A stretch of DNA of 19,387 nt, from positions 1-19,387 of the forward strand of contig JBCCXZ010000062.1 of the NCBI GenBank assembly GCA_039190745.1, written 5' to 3'. Below, piece after piece: positions 8,720-18,064 of the stretch; within the stretch, counting starts at the first letter, position 1, and each line of letters starts with the position of its first letter. The position numbers and the translations under genes are program-made. Under the pieces are notes generated by a model. The model did no database searches. It was not told the origin of the DNA and saw nothing but the letters and a program-made list of their open reading frames with translations. This stretch comes from Planctomycetota bacterium (lineage in GTDB: Bacteria; Planctomycetota; Planctomycetia; Pirellulales; Lacipirellulaceae).

Positions 8720-11700
8720 GCTTTCATCACCTGCACGCTGACCTTGGCTTGGTGGTCGCCCACGGCGACGTCGATCTCGTCGGCGCCTTCGGGCGCCCGG
8801 GGTGCAACGGCGTCGGCAAGCGTCTCGGCAGAGATGTACTGTTCGAACGCATCGACCGCAGCCTGCAACTCGACAGACTCCGTAGCGATGCCCACCGCGA
8901 TGCGGTCGGTGAACTCGCAGCCCATCTCCTTGCGGCGATCTTGGATCACCCGCACCAGATCGCGTGCCAGGCCCTCCTGGATCAGCTCGTCGGTCAGCTC
9001 GGTCGACAGCACGACCACCACGCCATGGGCGTTCGCGGCGGTCCAGCCCTCCTTGGGCTTCAGCCGCACTTCGATTTCTTCGGGCGTGAGCGATATCGCC
9101 TGCCCCTCCACCTCGACGTCCACCCGCCCGTTGTCGCGGATGTTCGCCAGCAGCTCGCTGCCGCTCTGCTGGTTGAGCGCCTTTTTCATCTTCGGCATCA
9201 GCTTGCCGAGCTTCGGCCCCAGCAGCTTGAAGTTCGGCAGCACCTCGTGGTCGACGTACCGTTCCGGCTCGTCACTGAACTCGACGGCCTTCACGTTCAG
9301 CTCGTCGCAGATCACCGCCGCGTGCTCGGCGAGCCACGGCTGGTGCTCGGTCTCGGCGAGGATGACGATCACGCTCGCCAGCGGCTGGCGTACCTTCAGC
9401 TCGGCCTGCGTGCGGGCCTGCCGCCCGAGCGACGAGATGTGCCGCACCAGGCCCATGCGGGTCGAGAGCTGTTGGTCGGTCCTGCTGCTTGCCTTGCTCG
9501 GCCAATCGCAGAGGTGGATGCTCTCGGGCACGGTCTTGCCGAAGCAGCTGACCGCTAGGTTCTGCCACAGGCTCTCGGCGAGGAATGGCACAAACGGGGC
9601 GATGATCTTCGCCGTGTCAATGAGACACTCGTAGAGCGTCCAGTAGGCGTCGAGCTTGGCGGGGGCCCGCGGGTCGCTGGCCCAGAACCGGTCGCGGCTA
9701 CGGCGGACGTACCAGTTTGAGAGCGCGTCGATAAACTCCGTGATCCGCCCGCAGGCGCCGTAGCTGTCGTAGGCGTCCATCCGCTCCGCCACGTCGGCGG
9801 CAAGCTGATCCAGCTCGCTCAACACCCAGCGATCGAGTTCGGCACGCTCGCTGACTGGCCGGTAGGAATCCGCAGCGGCGTACACCTCCGAGGACAAATC
9901 AGACTCCGCGCTCCCCGGTCCGCATTCCGCACTCGGATCAAACCCGTCGATCTTCGCGTAGATCACGAAGAAGCTGTACACGTTCCACAGCCGCAGGAGG
10001 AACTCCGGCACGCTGTCTTTGATCGACTGCTCGCTGTAGCGGATCGAGGTCCACGGCGGCTGGTTGGCGAGGAAGTACCACCGCATGGCGTCGGCGCCGA
10101 AGCGGTCGAAGATCTCCCGCGGCTCGCGGTAGTTCCGCTTGCTCTTGGACATCTTCTGCCCGTCCTCGCCGAGGATCAGGCCGGGGACTATGCAGTTGCG
10201 GAAGGGATGAGGGAATGATTGCGGATTACGGATTTCGGACTGCGGATTCTCGGACTGTTCACCCCACAGCATGGTTGAGATCGCTAGTTGGCTGTAGAAC
10301 CACCCTCTTGTCTGGTCGATTGCCTCGCTGATGAAGTCCGCTGGGAACTGGGTGTCGAAGCGGTCGTGCTCGGGGCCGCTCGCCTCGCCGCGGTAGCCCC
10401 ACTGGGCGAAAGGCATCGCACCGGAGTCGTACCAGCAGTCGATCACCTCCGTCACTCGCCGCATCCGGGCACCCTCAGCGAACGGCGAGTCGTACGTCAC
10501 CTCGTCGATGTACGGCTTGTGCACACGCAGGTCGTCAGGCAGCTCGGGGTTCGCGGCCTTGGCCTGCTCCCACGCCTGCGTGCCGTCGACGCCCGGCTTA
10601 GCGAGCAGCTCGTCGTACCCGCCGATGGCCTCCATCTGGCCGGTTTTGTCGCACACCCAGATCGGCAGCGGCGTGCCCCAGTACCGCTCGCGGCTGAGCG
10701 CCCAATCGACGTTCGACTCAAGAAATTTGCCGAACCGCCCGTCCTTGATGTGCCCAGGCAGCCAATTGATCTGGCCGTTGTTGGCTAGCATCTGGTCCTT
10801 GTACTGCGTGGTCTTGATGAACCAGCTTCGGCGCGGGTACTGGATGAGCGGGTCTTCCTCCGCCCGCCAGCAGAACGGGTAGTCGTGCAGGTACTGCTCG
10901 CGGTGGAAGAGCAGGCCGCGCTCTTTCAGGTCGCGGATGATGTCTTTGTCGCAGTCCTTGACCCAGCGCCCACGGACGAACTCAGGCGCCTCGTCGGTGA
11001 ATTTACCATCAGGGCCGACACAGTTAATCAGTGGCGGCGCCTTGTCGCCCAGGAGTTCGCGTTCACGCTGGAGAACGTTGTAGTCGTCTTCGCCGAATGC
11101 TGGGGCGATGTGTACCAAGCCTGTTCCGCTGTCGGTGGTTACGAAGTCAGCGGCGACCAAGCGCCACGCTGCCTGGTAGATGTCTCCATGGATGGGGTAC
11201 TTGCTGTCACGAGGAACCGAAAGTACCTCTTGCTGTCGGGGATCGCCGAAGCACTCAAAAGGAGGCGTGTAACCTGCGCCTGCCATCACGTGGCCCGGAA
11301 GAGTTTTCTCAACCTCCAATTCACGCTTAAGCTTCTCCGAGAGTGATTCAACTAAGTCTTTCGCGATGAATAATCGTTCGCCTGTGACCGGATCCGCAGC
11401 GATTGCGTACTCGACCTGTGGATTGAGTGCAACGAATTGATTGCTAGGCAAGGTCCATGGTGTCGTTGTCCATACCACAAAGGTCAAGTTCTCAGGAACC
11501 CCTTCCGAACCAACGACCGAGCGCATCGGCATCTTCACATACACACTCGGGTCGGCCACCTCGCGGTACCCCTGCCCCACCTCCCCGGCCGAGAGGGCCG
11601 TGCCGCCCTGGGCCCACCACCAGACGATCTTGTGCCCCTGGTACAAGAGGCCCCGGTCGTAGAGCTGCTTCAGGCTCCACCAGACGCTCTCGACGTAGCT

Positions 11701-12159
11701 CTGGTGGTACGTGACGTACGCCTCGTCCAGGTTCACCCAGAAGCCGAGCCGCTCGGTCAGCCGCTCCCACTCCTGCATGTAACGCCAGACGCTGCCCTGG
11801 CACTTTTGGATGAACGGCTCGACGCCGTACGCTTCGATCTCTTCCTTCGAGTGGATGCCCAGCTCTTTGCAGACTTCGACCTCGACCGGCAGCCCGTGCG
11901 TGTCCCAGCCCGCTTTGCGTTCGCACCGGTAGCCCCGCATCGTGCGGTAGCGGGGGAACACGTCTTTGATCACCCGCGTGAGGCAGTGCCCCGGGTGGGG
12001 CATGCCGTTGGCCGTCGGCGGGCCCTCGTAGAACACAAACGGCTCGGCCCCGTCGCGCGCGTCGAGCGTCTTCTGATACACCTGCTGCTCTTTCCAGAAG
12101 CGCAGCACCGCTTCCTCACGCTGCGGGAAGGTCTCGCTCTTATCGAACTCGGGGAACAT
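8716..12159 (-). CDS. ileS: Isoleucine--tRNA ligase, type 2 (eukaryote/archaea-like)
   Basis: [16 protein letters not shown] (HIGH-type), [73 protein letters not shown]; type-2 C-terminus [16 protein letters not shown] with no C-terminal zinc finger. Confidence 0.97.
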   Translation of the reverse strand: MFPEFDKSETFPQREEAVLRFWKEQQVYQKTLDARDGAEPFVFYEGPPTANGMPHPGHCLTRVIKDVFPRYRTMRGYRCERKAGWDTHGLPVEVEVCKELGIHSKEEIEAYGVEPFIQKCQGSVWRYMQEWERLTERLGFWVNLDEAYVTYHQSYVESVWWSLKQLYDRGLLYQGHKIVWWWAQGGTALSAGEVGQGYREVADPSVYVKMPMRSVVGSEGVPENLTFVVWTTTPWTLPSNQFVALNPQVEYAIAADPVTGERLFIAKDLVESLSEKLKRELEVEKTLPGHVMAGAGYTPPFECFGDPRQQEVLSVPRDSKYPIHGDIYQAAWRLVAADFVTTDSGTGLVHIAPAFGEDDYNVLQRERELLGDKAPPLINCVGPDGKFTDEAPEFVRGRWVKDCDKDIIRDLKERGLLFHREQYLHDYPFCWRAEEDPLIQYPRRSWFIKTTQYKDQMLANNGQINWLPGHIKDGRFGKFLESNVDWALSRERYWGTPLPIWVCDKTGQMEAIGGYDELLAKPGVDGTQAWEQAKAANPELPDDLRVHKPYIDEVTYDSPFAEGARMRRVTEVIDCWYDSGAMPFAQWGYRGEASGPEHDRFDTQFPADFISEAIDQTRGWFYSQLAISTMLWGEQSENPQSEIRNPQSFPHPFRNCIVPGLILGEDGQKMSKSKRNYREPREIFDRFGADAMRWYFLANQPPWTSIRYSEQSIKDSVPEFLLRLWNVYSFFVIYAKIDGFDPSAECGPGSAESDLSSEVYAAADSYRPVSERAELDRWVLSELDQLAADVAERMDAYDSYGACGRITEFIDALSNWYVRRSRDRFWASDPRAPAKLDAYWTLYECLIDTAKIIAPFVPFLAESLWQNLAVSCFGKTVPESIHLCDWPSKASSRTDQQLSTRMGLVRHISSLGRQARTQAELKVRQPLASVIVILAETEHQPWLAEHAAVICDELNVKAVEFSDEPERYVDHEVLPNFKLLGPKLGKLMPKMKKALNQQSGSELLANIRDNGRVDVEVEGQAISLTPEEIEVRLKPKEGWTAANAHGVVVVLSTELTDELIQEGLARDLVRVIQDRRKEMGCEFTDRIAVGIATESVELQAAVDAFEQYISAETLADAVAPRAPEGADEIDVAVGDHQAKVSVQVMKA
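10217..10257. repeat. Degenerate heptamer tandem repeat inside ileS
   Basis: GATTGCG GATTACG GATTTCG GACTGCG GATTCTC GGACTG; translates on the minus strand as [14 protein letters not shown]. Confidence 0.75.
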
Positions 12160-12164
12160 GAGGG

Positions 12165-12192
12165 GTGGTCAGTGGTCCGTTGTCAGTGGTTG
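12165..12192. repeat. Heptamer tandem repeat immediately upstream of the ileS start
   Basis: GTGGTCA GTGGTCC GTTGTCA GTGGTTG (4 units), ending 5 nt before the ATG. Confidence 0.7.
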
Positions 12193-12364
12193 AGAAGCCT
12201 AAAAGTTACCTGATGGGGCACCGCTTCCCTAGGGGCGGCCCGCCCGGGCCCCAAGACAAGAAACCGCCCGGGGCACAGTGGTTCGGGGAAAGAGGCGTGT
12301 TCGGAGAGCGCAAGCGGTTTCGCCCGAGAAAAGCTTGGCAACCAAGATTCGCCGCAGCCGACGC

Positions 12365-12796
12365 TCAGTCGTCGAAATCCGGGTCGTCCTTGAAGGGCGA
12401 CTTCTTCTCTTCTTCCTCGTCGTCGCCGCCGAACGTGTCTGGGAACTCCTCGTCCTGCGGGAGGTCGTCTTCCCAGTCTTCTTCGAAGTCCTCGTCGAAC
12501 TCGTCGTCGAAGTCTTCGTCCTCGTCGTCGAACACTTCCTCCGCCAACAACTCGGCGAAGCACTCGTCGCGGAGCGACCACAGGCCGTCGTAGGGCCAGC
12601 AGCGGGCGCCGGAGGGGCCCAACTCCGCAGGCGAACCGGCGGCAGGCGGAGCGTCGAAGAGGCCGTTAGTACGGCCGGGCTCTTCTTCCAAGAGGCCCAC
12701 ACCGCCGGCGGGCTCACCGTCGCCGGCGAAAGGGCCGACAAACGCCTGAACGATGAACGCCCTGAATTCGGCCGGTGAGACGGCGGGACAAACCAT
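12365..12796 (-). CDS. Hypothetical protein with an extremely acidic (D/E/F) C-terminal half
   Basis: FDDEDEDFDDEFDEDFEEDWEDD..; SD-like GGAG upstream of ATG 12796; sigma70-like promoter upstream; co-oriented with ileS. Confidence 0.6.
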   Translation of the reverse strand: MVCPAVSPAEFRAFIVQAFVGPFAGDGEPAGGVGLLEEEPGRTNGLFDAPPAAGSPAELGPSGARCWPYDGLWSLRDECFAELLAEEVFDDEDEDFDDEFDEDFEEDWEDDLPQDEEFPDTFGGDDEEEEKKSPFKDDPDFDD

Positions 12797-12891
12797 AACT
12801 CTGCTAGCTCCGATGCGGCCCGCGGAGGCCGGTGCATGTCTTGTAGTAGCGACAGCGGCGTAGAACGCCCGGTTTGCCGCCAGCGCCGCGG

Positions 12892-12920
12892 ATTCTGAAC
12901 AAGCCCCGCAGTGCTGTCAA
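12892..12920 (-). promoter_or_regulatory. Putative sigma70 promoter for the acidic ORF and ileS run
   Basis: Minus strand TTGACA (12920-12915), 17-nt spacer, CAGAAT (12897-12892). Confidence 0.55.
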
Positions 12921-13160
12921 GCTTCCAGTGTAGCTACGAAGGGGCGGTTTGGCTCGGGGCCCGTAAGGGTACTCGGGCGGTGCAAGCTGAAGTTGGCCAG
13001 ACCGGCGATTCGGGCTAGACTGGCGGCCCTAGGCAGGTTAACGGGCTCGGACGCGCCGCACCTACCGGCGTCCACAAATGGCTCCCCAACCAAGCCCCGG
13101 ACCGCCAGAGCCCCAACCCAAACAAGATCCCAAACACGACGCGGACGCACGGAGGCGTCG

Positions 13161-14447
13161 ATGTCTGAAAAGAACCAGGGACAGCCCGAACAGCCGGAAG
13201 CCCGGCCTGAACCCCCGTCGGCTCCCGCAAAACAACCGCTCCGGCTCGTCCACGCCAGCGATTTCCACCTGGAAGACACGCTCGGCGGAGTGGCCGAGGT
13301 CCCGGACCACCTCCGGGAGGTGTTTCTCACCGCCCCCTTCCTGGCCGCGGAGCAGGTCTTCGAACTGGCCATCGCCGAGGGGGCCGACGCCCTGCTGCTC
13401 TCGGGCGACATCGCCAACCTGGAACTCGCAGGCCCGCGGGCGGTGGCGTTTCTGACCGAACAGTTCGACCGGCTCAACGACCACAACATCGGCGTTTACT
13501 GGGCCGGCGGCGTGGCCGACCCGCCGGGCTCCTGGCCCCCCAGCACAGCCCTGCCCGAGAACGTCCACCGCTTCCCGGCAAGCGGCGTGGAAGACTTTGT
13601 ACTCGAAAGGCGCGGCGAACGGCTCGCCCGCATCCAAGGCGTCAGCCGCGTACCGGGCAAAGCTCTCGACGACAGCGGATTCCACCGCGACGCCGGCGGG
13701 CTCTTTACCGTGGGCGTCGCGCACGGCTCGGCCGCGTCGCCGGGTTCCGAGGGCGACCGCCTGCACTACGCCGCCCTTGGCGGCCAGCACCAACGTCAGA
13801 CGGTCGACCAATCGCCGGGAATCGCGCACTACTGCGGCTCGCCCCAGGGCCGCTCGCCCGCCGAGACCGGAGCCCACGGCTGCACGCTGGTGGTGGTCGA
13901 CGAAACCGGCCGCGTCCGCACCAAACTCTTGCCGACCGATTCGGCCCGCTGGCTCACCGGCACCGTGGAGCTCACCTCCGCCGCTGACGAGTCGTCGCTC
14001 TTGAAACTGATTAACGACCAAGTCAGCCAGTTCCGGCAGCAGCATACACGCGTCGATCTGCTCGTCACCTGGCGGGTGCTCGGCACCGGGCCGCTGGTGA
14101 ACCGGCTGCGGCACGGCGGCCTCGCCGACGAGCTGCTCAGGCACCTCCGCCGCGAAGCGGGCACGTCCTCGCCGGCCCTCTGGCACGCCGACCTGGTGTG
14201 CGAAGAGCCGATGGCCGTCCCCCAGGAGTGGCGCGACCAGGAGACCATCCTCGGCGACCTGCTCCAGGAGTTTGGCAAGTTCGACGTGAACGAAGACCTC
14301 CAGCTCGACCTCGCCGAGTTCCTCCCTCCGCAGCACCAGCAGGGTGAGTTCGCCGCGTTGGCCGAAGTCAGCACCGGCGCCGACCGCGAGGCGCTGCTCC
14401 GCGACGCCTCGAAGCTGGGCCTCGACCTGCTCACCCCCGACGAGTAA
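13161..14447 (+). CDS. YhaO/SbcD/Mre11-like metallophosphoesterase with degenerate motifs
   Basis: LVHASDFHLE, LLLSGDI, GVAHG, HYCGSPQGRSPAETGAHGCTLV; GGAGG SD before ATG 13161; adjacent to a YhaN-like ATPase. Confidence 0.85.
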   Translation: MSEKNQGQPEQPEARPEPPSAPAKQPLRLVHASDFHLEDTLGGVAEVPDHLREVFLTAPFLAAEQVFELAIAEGADALLLSGDIANLELAGPRAVAFLTEQFDRLNDHNIGVYWAGGVADPPGSWPPSTALPENVHRFPASGVEDFVLERRGERLARIQGVSRVPGKALDDSGFHRDAGGLFTVGVAHGSAASPGSEGDRLHYAALGGQHQRQTVDQSPGIAHYCGSPQGRSPAETGAHGCTLVVVDETGRVRTKLLPTDSARWLTGTVELTSAADESSLLKLINDQVSQFRQQHTRVDLLVTWRVLGTGPLVNRLRHGGLADELLRHLRREAGTSSPALWHADLVCEEPMAVPQEWRDQETILGDLLQEFGKFDVNEDLQLDLAEFLPPQHQQGEFAALAEVSTGADREALLRDASKLGLDLLTPDE

Positions 14448-14496
14448 CCCGGCAGATTAGCCACCAGACAATCGTCCCACAGGACGGGGACCGATC

Positions 14497-17400
14497 ATGA
14501 AAATCACAGACATCCACGTCGGCGGGTTCGGGGTCTGGCGAGACCTGGAGCTCAAGAACCTCTCCCCACGGGCGACCGTGTTCTATGGAGCCAACGAGGC
14601 CGGCAAGAGCACGCTCATGCAGTTCGTGCGGTCGGTGCTCTACGGCTACTCGCCCGATACGCGGCAGCGTTACTTCCCGCCGCTGCACGGCGGCCTGCAG
14701 GGCGGCTCGCTCGGGCTGGTCGACAGCGGCGAGCGGCTCACCGTCGCCCGCATTTCCGACCGCGGCCTCGACGACCCCGGCCTGGTGAGCTGGGTCACCG
14801 AAGAAGGCGAATACTCCGGCGACCGCCGCCTCCGCGAACTGCTCGGTGACGTCGACGAGCCCGCGTACAACAACGTGTTCGCCGTCGGCTTGACCGAGAT
14901 CCAGGAACTCGGCACCCTCTCGGGCACGCAGGCGGCCGAGTGGCTCTACCGGCTCACCTCCGGGCTCGACCGGGTGAGCCTCTACGACGTGATCCAGGGC
15001 CTGCGCGAACGCCGCGGCCGGATGCTGGGAGACGAGCGTAGCGAACTGGTCTCGCTCGCAGCCCGCCGCGATTCGCTCCGCAACGAGATCGACGGCCTCG
15101 TCGAGAAGAACCGTGAGTGGTCGAAGCTTGCCGTCCGCCAGCGTGAACTGGCCGCCGAGATCGAATCCGCAGAAGACCGCGTCGCCGAGTGCGAGCACGA
15201 GGCCCGCACCTACGAGCTGGCCGTCGGAATCAAAGACAATTGGCGCCGCAGGGCCAAGGTCGGCGGAGAGCTGAAGAAACTCGCGCACCTCATACCCATA
15301 CCTGAAGACGGCATCAACCGGCTCGACGAACTCACTGAAAAAATCGCCGAGCATCGCCGGCAAGCCGACGTCCTCAGCGGCCAACGCCAGCAGCTCCGCG
15401 ACGAGTCGCGCCGGCTCGGCATCAACCGCCTGCTGGTCCGGGCCTCCTGCCGCGTCGAAGCGCTCGCCGAGCAGCGCGACTGGCTCGACTCGCTCGGCCG
15501 CCGGGTCGAGGAACTCGAAGAAAGCACTGAGGACGCCCAACAGCGCCTCACCGCCGAGCGGCTCCGCTTGGCCAATACCCTGGGCGTCGAAGACGCCGAC
15601 CGCCTGGCCGACATCTCTGCCGGCGAGCTGGAAGACATGCAGCCGTCGATCAAGGCGGTCCGCGGGGCCCAGAAAGAGCTCGAATCGGCCAAGCGGCGGT
15701 TCCAGTCGCTCACCGACAACGAGCGCACCCTCAAGTCCCGCATCGATTCGGCCATGGTCTCCGGCGAGAAGCACGGCCTGCCGATGGACGCCGAGCGGGC
15801 CGGCGACCTCGTCGCCAAGCTCCGCCGCCGCCTGCAGACCGAGCAAAAACTCGAACAGGCCCAGCACGCAGAGCAGCAGACCCAGCAAGAAGCCGAGGTG
15901 CTGCTCGAAGAGCAGGTCGTCCCGCCGTGGCTGTTCGGTTGGCTGCTTGCGGCGTTCATCGCCTGCGGGCTGCTGCTGGGGGTCTGGCTGTTCGTCCCGG
16001 GCGAGCCTCTCGGAGGCCAGGGCGGCACCGTCGCGTTGCTGGCCTGCTGCGCCATGTTCGCCGCCTGGGTCCTCAAGTTCCGCACCGAAAACACCGCGGC
16101 AGTCAACCTCGACGAGGCCCAGCGGCAGCTGGGCATCCTTGAGCGCCAGATCACCGAGGGCGAAAAAGAGAAGAAGAAACTCGACGCCGAGCTTCCTATG
16201 GAAGACGGCTCCGTCGAACTAAGGCTGCAGGCGGCCGAGAAGCACCTGTCGGGGCTCGAATCGATGATGCCCGTCGAGGCCGAACGCCGCCGCGCCGGCA
16301 ACGAAGTCGCCGCCGCGCAGTCGGCCGTCGCCGAGGCCGAACGCCGACTCGAAGAAGCGCTCACCGTCTGGCGGTCGCAGCTTGCCGCACTGGGCATCCC
16401 CGACTCGATCGACCCGCAACGTTTCCTCGACGCCGCCGAGCGCTACGGCGCCCTCGAACAGCTCGCCGCGAAGCTCGAAAACAAGGCGGAGGAAGCCGAA
16501 CTGCGTCGCCGGGAGCTGGCCACGCTCACGCGGCGCATCTTCGACCTCGCCGAGGAGGTCGGCTGCCGCTTGGGCGCCGCCGCGACCGCAGAAGACGAAG
16601 CCGAGACGGAGAGCATTGAACAAGAGTACGAATCGAGCGAATACGAAAGCGAAGAGTACGAATCCGAATCTTACGAGGCTGAGGAAGCGGAAACGGACGA
16701 GGAGGCCGAAGAAGTCTCCGCCGCCGAACAACTCGACTACCTGCTCAGCGAACAACGCAAGCAGCTGGCCGACGTCGAGCGTCGCGGCGAGCTCCACGAC
16801 CGGGCCAAAAAACTCCGCGAACAACAGAAGAAGCACGAGCGGGCGGCCCTGCAACTAGCCGGCCGCCGCGAGGCGCTGCTCGGTTCGTGCGACTGCGACG
16901 ATGAAACCGCCTTCCGCAAACTGGCCGCCGACCACGCGGAGGCCGACGGCCTCCGCGAGAAGCGCAAAACCATCTCCCGCGAGATCGAGGCCGCCGTCGG
17001 TGGGCACGCCGACGCAGAGGTCTTCGCCGAACTGCTGAACCCCTCCGCCGTAGCCCGACTAGAAACCGGCTGGGAAACCGCCGCCGGGGCGCTTGAAGAA
17101 GCCCAACAAGCGCTCAAGGCCTTGGCCGAAGAGCTCGGCGCCGTCCGGCAGTCGGCCGAGTCGATGGCCGGCGACGACACACTCGCCCGCCGCCGCCTGG
17201 AGTTGGGCTGCGTCGAGGAGCAGCTCCGCCGAGCCGGCCAGAGCTGGCGGCAGAACGCGGTTGTTAGCCGTGTGCTCGAAAGGATCCGCGCCGACTACGA
17301 ACAGCACCGCCAGCCCGAGACGCTCCAGCGCGTCACCGAATACCTGCACCGCCTGACCGACGGCCGCTACCGCCGCGTCTGGACGCCGCTGGCCAACGAC

Positions 17401-18012
17401 GTGCTGCTGGTCGAGAACGCCGAGGGCGAGTCGCTGCCCGTCGAGGTCCTTAGCCGCGGCACGCGGGAGCAGCTCTTCCTGAGCGTCCGCCTGGCGCTGG
17501 TGACCGACTACGCCAAGCGGGGCATCAACCTGCCCATGGTTCTCGACGATGTGCTGGTGAACTTCGATGTCGGCCGGGCCCGCACCGCCGCGGCGGTGCT
17601 CAACGACTTCGCCGCCGAGGGGCACCAGCTCCTGGTGTTCACCTGCCACGAGCACATCTGGGAGATGTTCCGCGATCAGCAAGCCGACTGCCGCCGACTG
17701 CCCAACCGCTTCGGCCCCGAGCCGGCCGAAGAAGAAGAGTACGACATCGTTGACGAGGTGGTCGAAGAACCCGTCGAGCAGCCGGTGGTCGAGATAACCG
17801 TGGTAGAAGAAGTCGCCGAGATCGTCGAGGAAGAGCGGCCGGCCGAAGAGATGTGGTACGACTACCCATTCGTCGAACGGCTGGAGGAAGAGGTCTCCGT
17901 CGCTGAGGCCCCAGCGATCGAAGAGCCCCTCCCCGTCGCGTCCCCGGCCGAAGCCGCCTTGGCGTACATCCTGCCGGAAGAGGACGAGGCGTTCCGCTCT
18001 CGGCTGGCCTAG
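14497..18012 (+). CDS. YhaN-like SMC/Rad50-type ATPase with long coiled coil and internal TM hairpin
   Basis: MKITDIHVGGFG; Walker A YGANEAGKST; signature LSRGTREQ; Walker B/D-loop MVLDDVLVNFD; H-loop FTCH; two hydrophobic helices at about 15928-16074. Confidence 0.9.
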   Translation: MKITDIHVGGFGVWRDLELKNLSPRATVFYGANEAGKSTLMQFVRSVLYGYSPDTRQRYFPPLHGGLQGGSLGLVDSGERLTVARISDRGLDDPGLVSWVTEEGEYSGDRRLRELLGDVDEPAYNNVFAVGLTEIQELGTLSGTQAAEWLYRLTSGLDRVSLYDVIQGLRERRGRMLGDERSELVSLAARRDSLRNEIDGLVEKNREWSKLAVRQRELAAEIESAEDRVAECEHEARTYELAVGIKDNWRRRAKVGGELKKLAHLIPIPEDGINRLDELTEKIAEHRRQADVLSGQRQQLRDESRRLGINRLLVRASCRVEALAEQRDWLDSLGRRVEELEESTEDAQQRLTAERLRLANTLGVEDADRLADISAGELEDMQPSIKAVRGAQKELESAKRRFQSLTDNERTLKSRIDSAMVSGEKHGLPMDAERAGDLVAKLRRRLQTEQKLEQAQHAEQQTQQEAEVLLEEQVVPPWLFGWLLAAFIACGLLLGVWLFVPGEPLGGQGGTVALLACCAMFAAWVLKFRTENTAAVNLDEAQRQLGILERQITEGEKEKKKLDAELPMEDGSVELRLQAAEKHLSGLESMMPVEAERRRAGNEVAAAQSAVAEAERRLEEALTVWRSQLAALGIPDSIDPQRFLDAAERYGALEQLAAKLENKAEEAELRRRELATLTRRIFDLAEEVGCRLGAAATAEDEAETESIEQEYESSEYESEEYESESYEAEEAETDEEAEEVSAAEQLDYLLSEQRKQLADVERRGELHDRAKKLREQQKKHERAALQLAGRREALLGSCDCDDETAFRKLAADHAEADGLREKRKTISREIEAAVGGHADAEVFAELLNPSAVARLETGWETAAGALEEAQQALKALAEELGAVRQSAESMAGDDTLARRRLELGCVEEQLRRAGQSWRQNAVVSRVLERIRADYEQHRQPETLQRVTEYLHRLTDGRYRRVWTPLANDVLLVENAEGESLPVEVLSRGTREQLFLSVRLALVTDYAKRGINLPMVLDDVLVNFDVGRARTAAAVLNDFAAEGHQLLVFTCHEHIWEMFRDQQADCRRLPNRFGPEPAEEEEYDIVDEVVEEPVEQPVVEITVVEEVAEIVEEERPAEEMWYDYPFVERLEEEVSVAEAPAIEEPLPVASPAEAALAYILPEEDEAFRSRLA
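16624..16683 (+). repeat. 15-bp coding tandem repeat (EYESS EYESE EYESE SYEAE)
   Basis: GAGTACGAATCGAGC GAATACGAAAGCGAA GAGTACGAATCCGAA TCTTACGAGGCTGAG. Confidence 0.7.
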
Positions 18013-18064
18013 ATCGCTCTGCGGAAAAGCAACCAAGTCGGACTGCCTTGATTTGATCTCACGG

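Noticed and set aside
11000..11520. Intein or intron in ileS as the explanation for the low-GC block
   Set aside because: The block encodes canonical CP1 motifs in frame; no intein splice motifs (C/S start, HN end) or endonuclease motifs
12160..12364. T-box riboswitch upstream of ileS
   Set aside because: No T-box consensus (GGTGGNACCGCG) or terminator/antiterminator seen on the minus strand
12993..13160. N-terminal extension of the phosphoesterase ORF
   Set aside because: A strong GGAGG SD precedes ATG 13161; the upstream translation is low-complexity
500..18036. Many long antisense or alternative-frame ORFs (for example 500..1768, 2860..3918, 8147..9634, 13062..14336, 14431..15888, 17059..18036)
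   Set aside because: Shadow ORFs expected from high-GC codon bias opposite well-supported genes; no motifs
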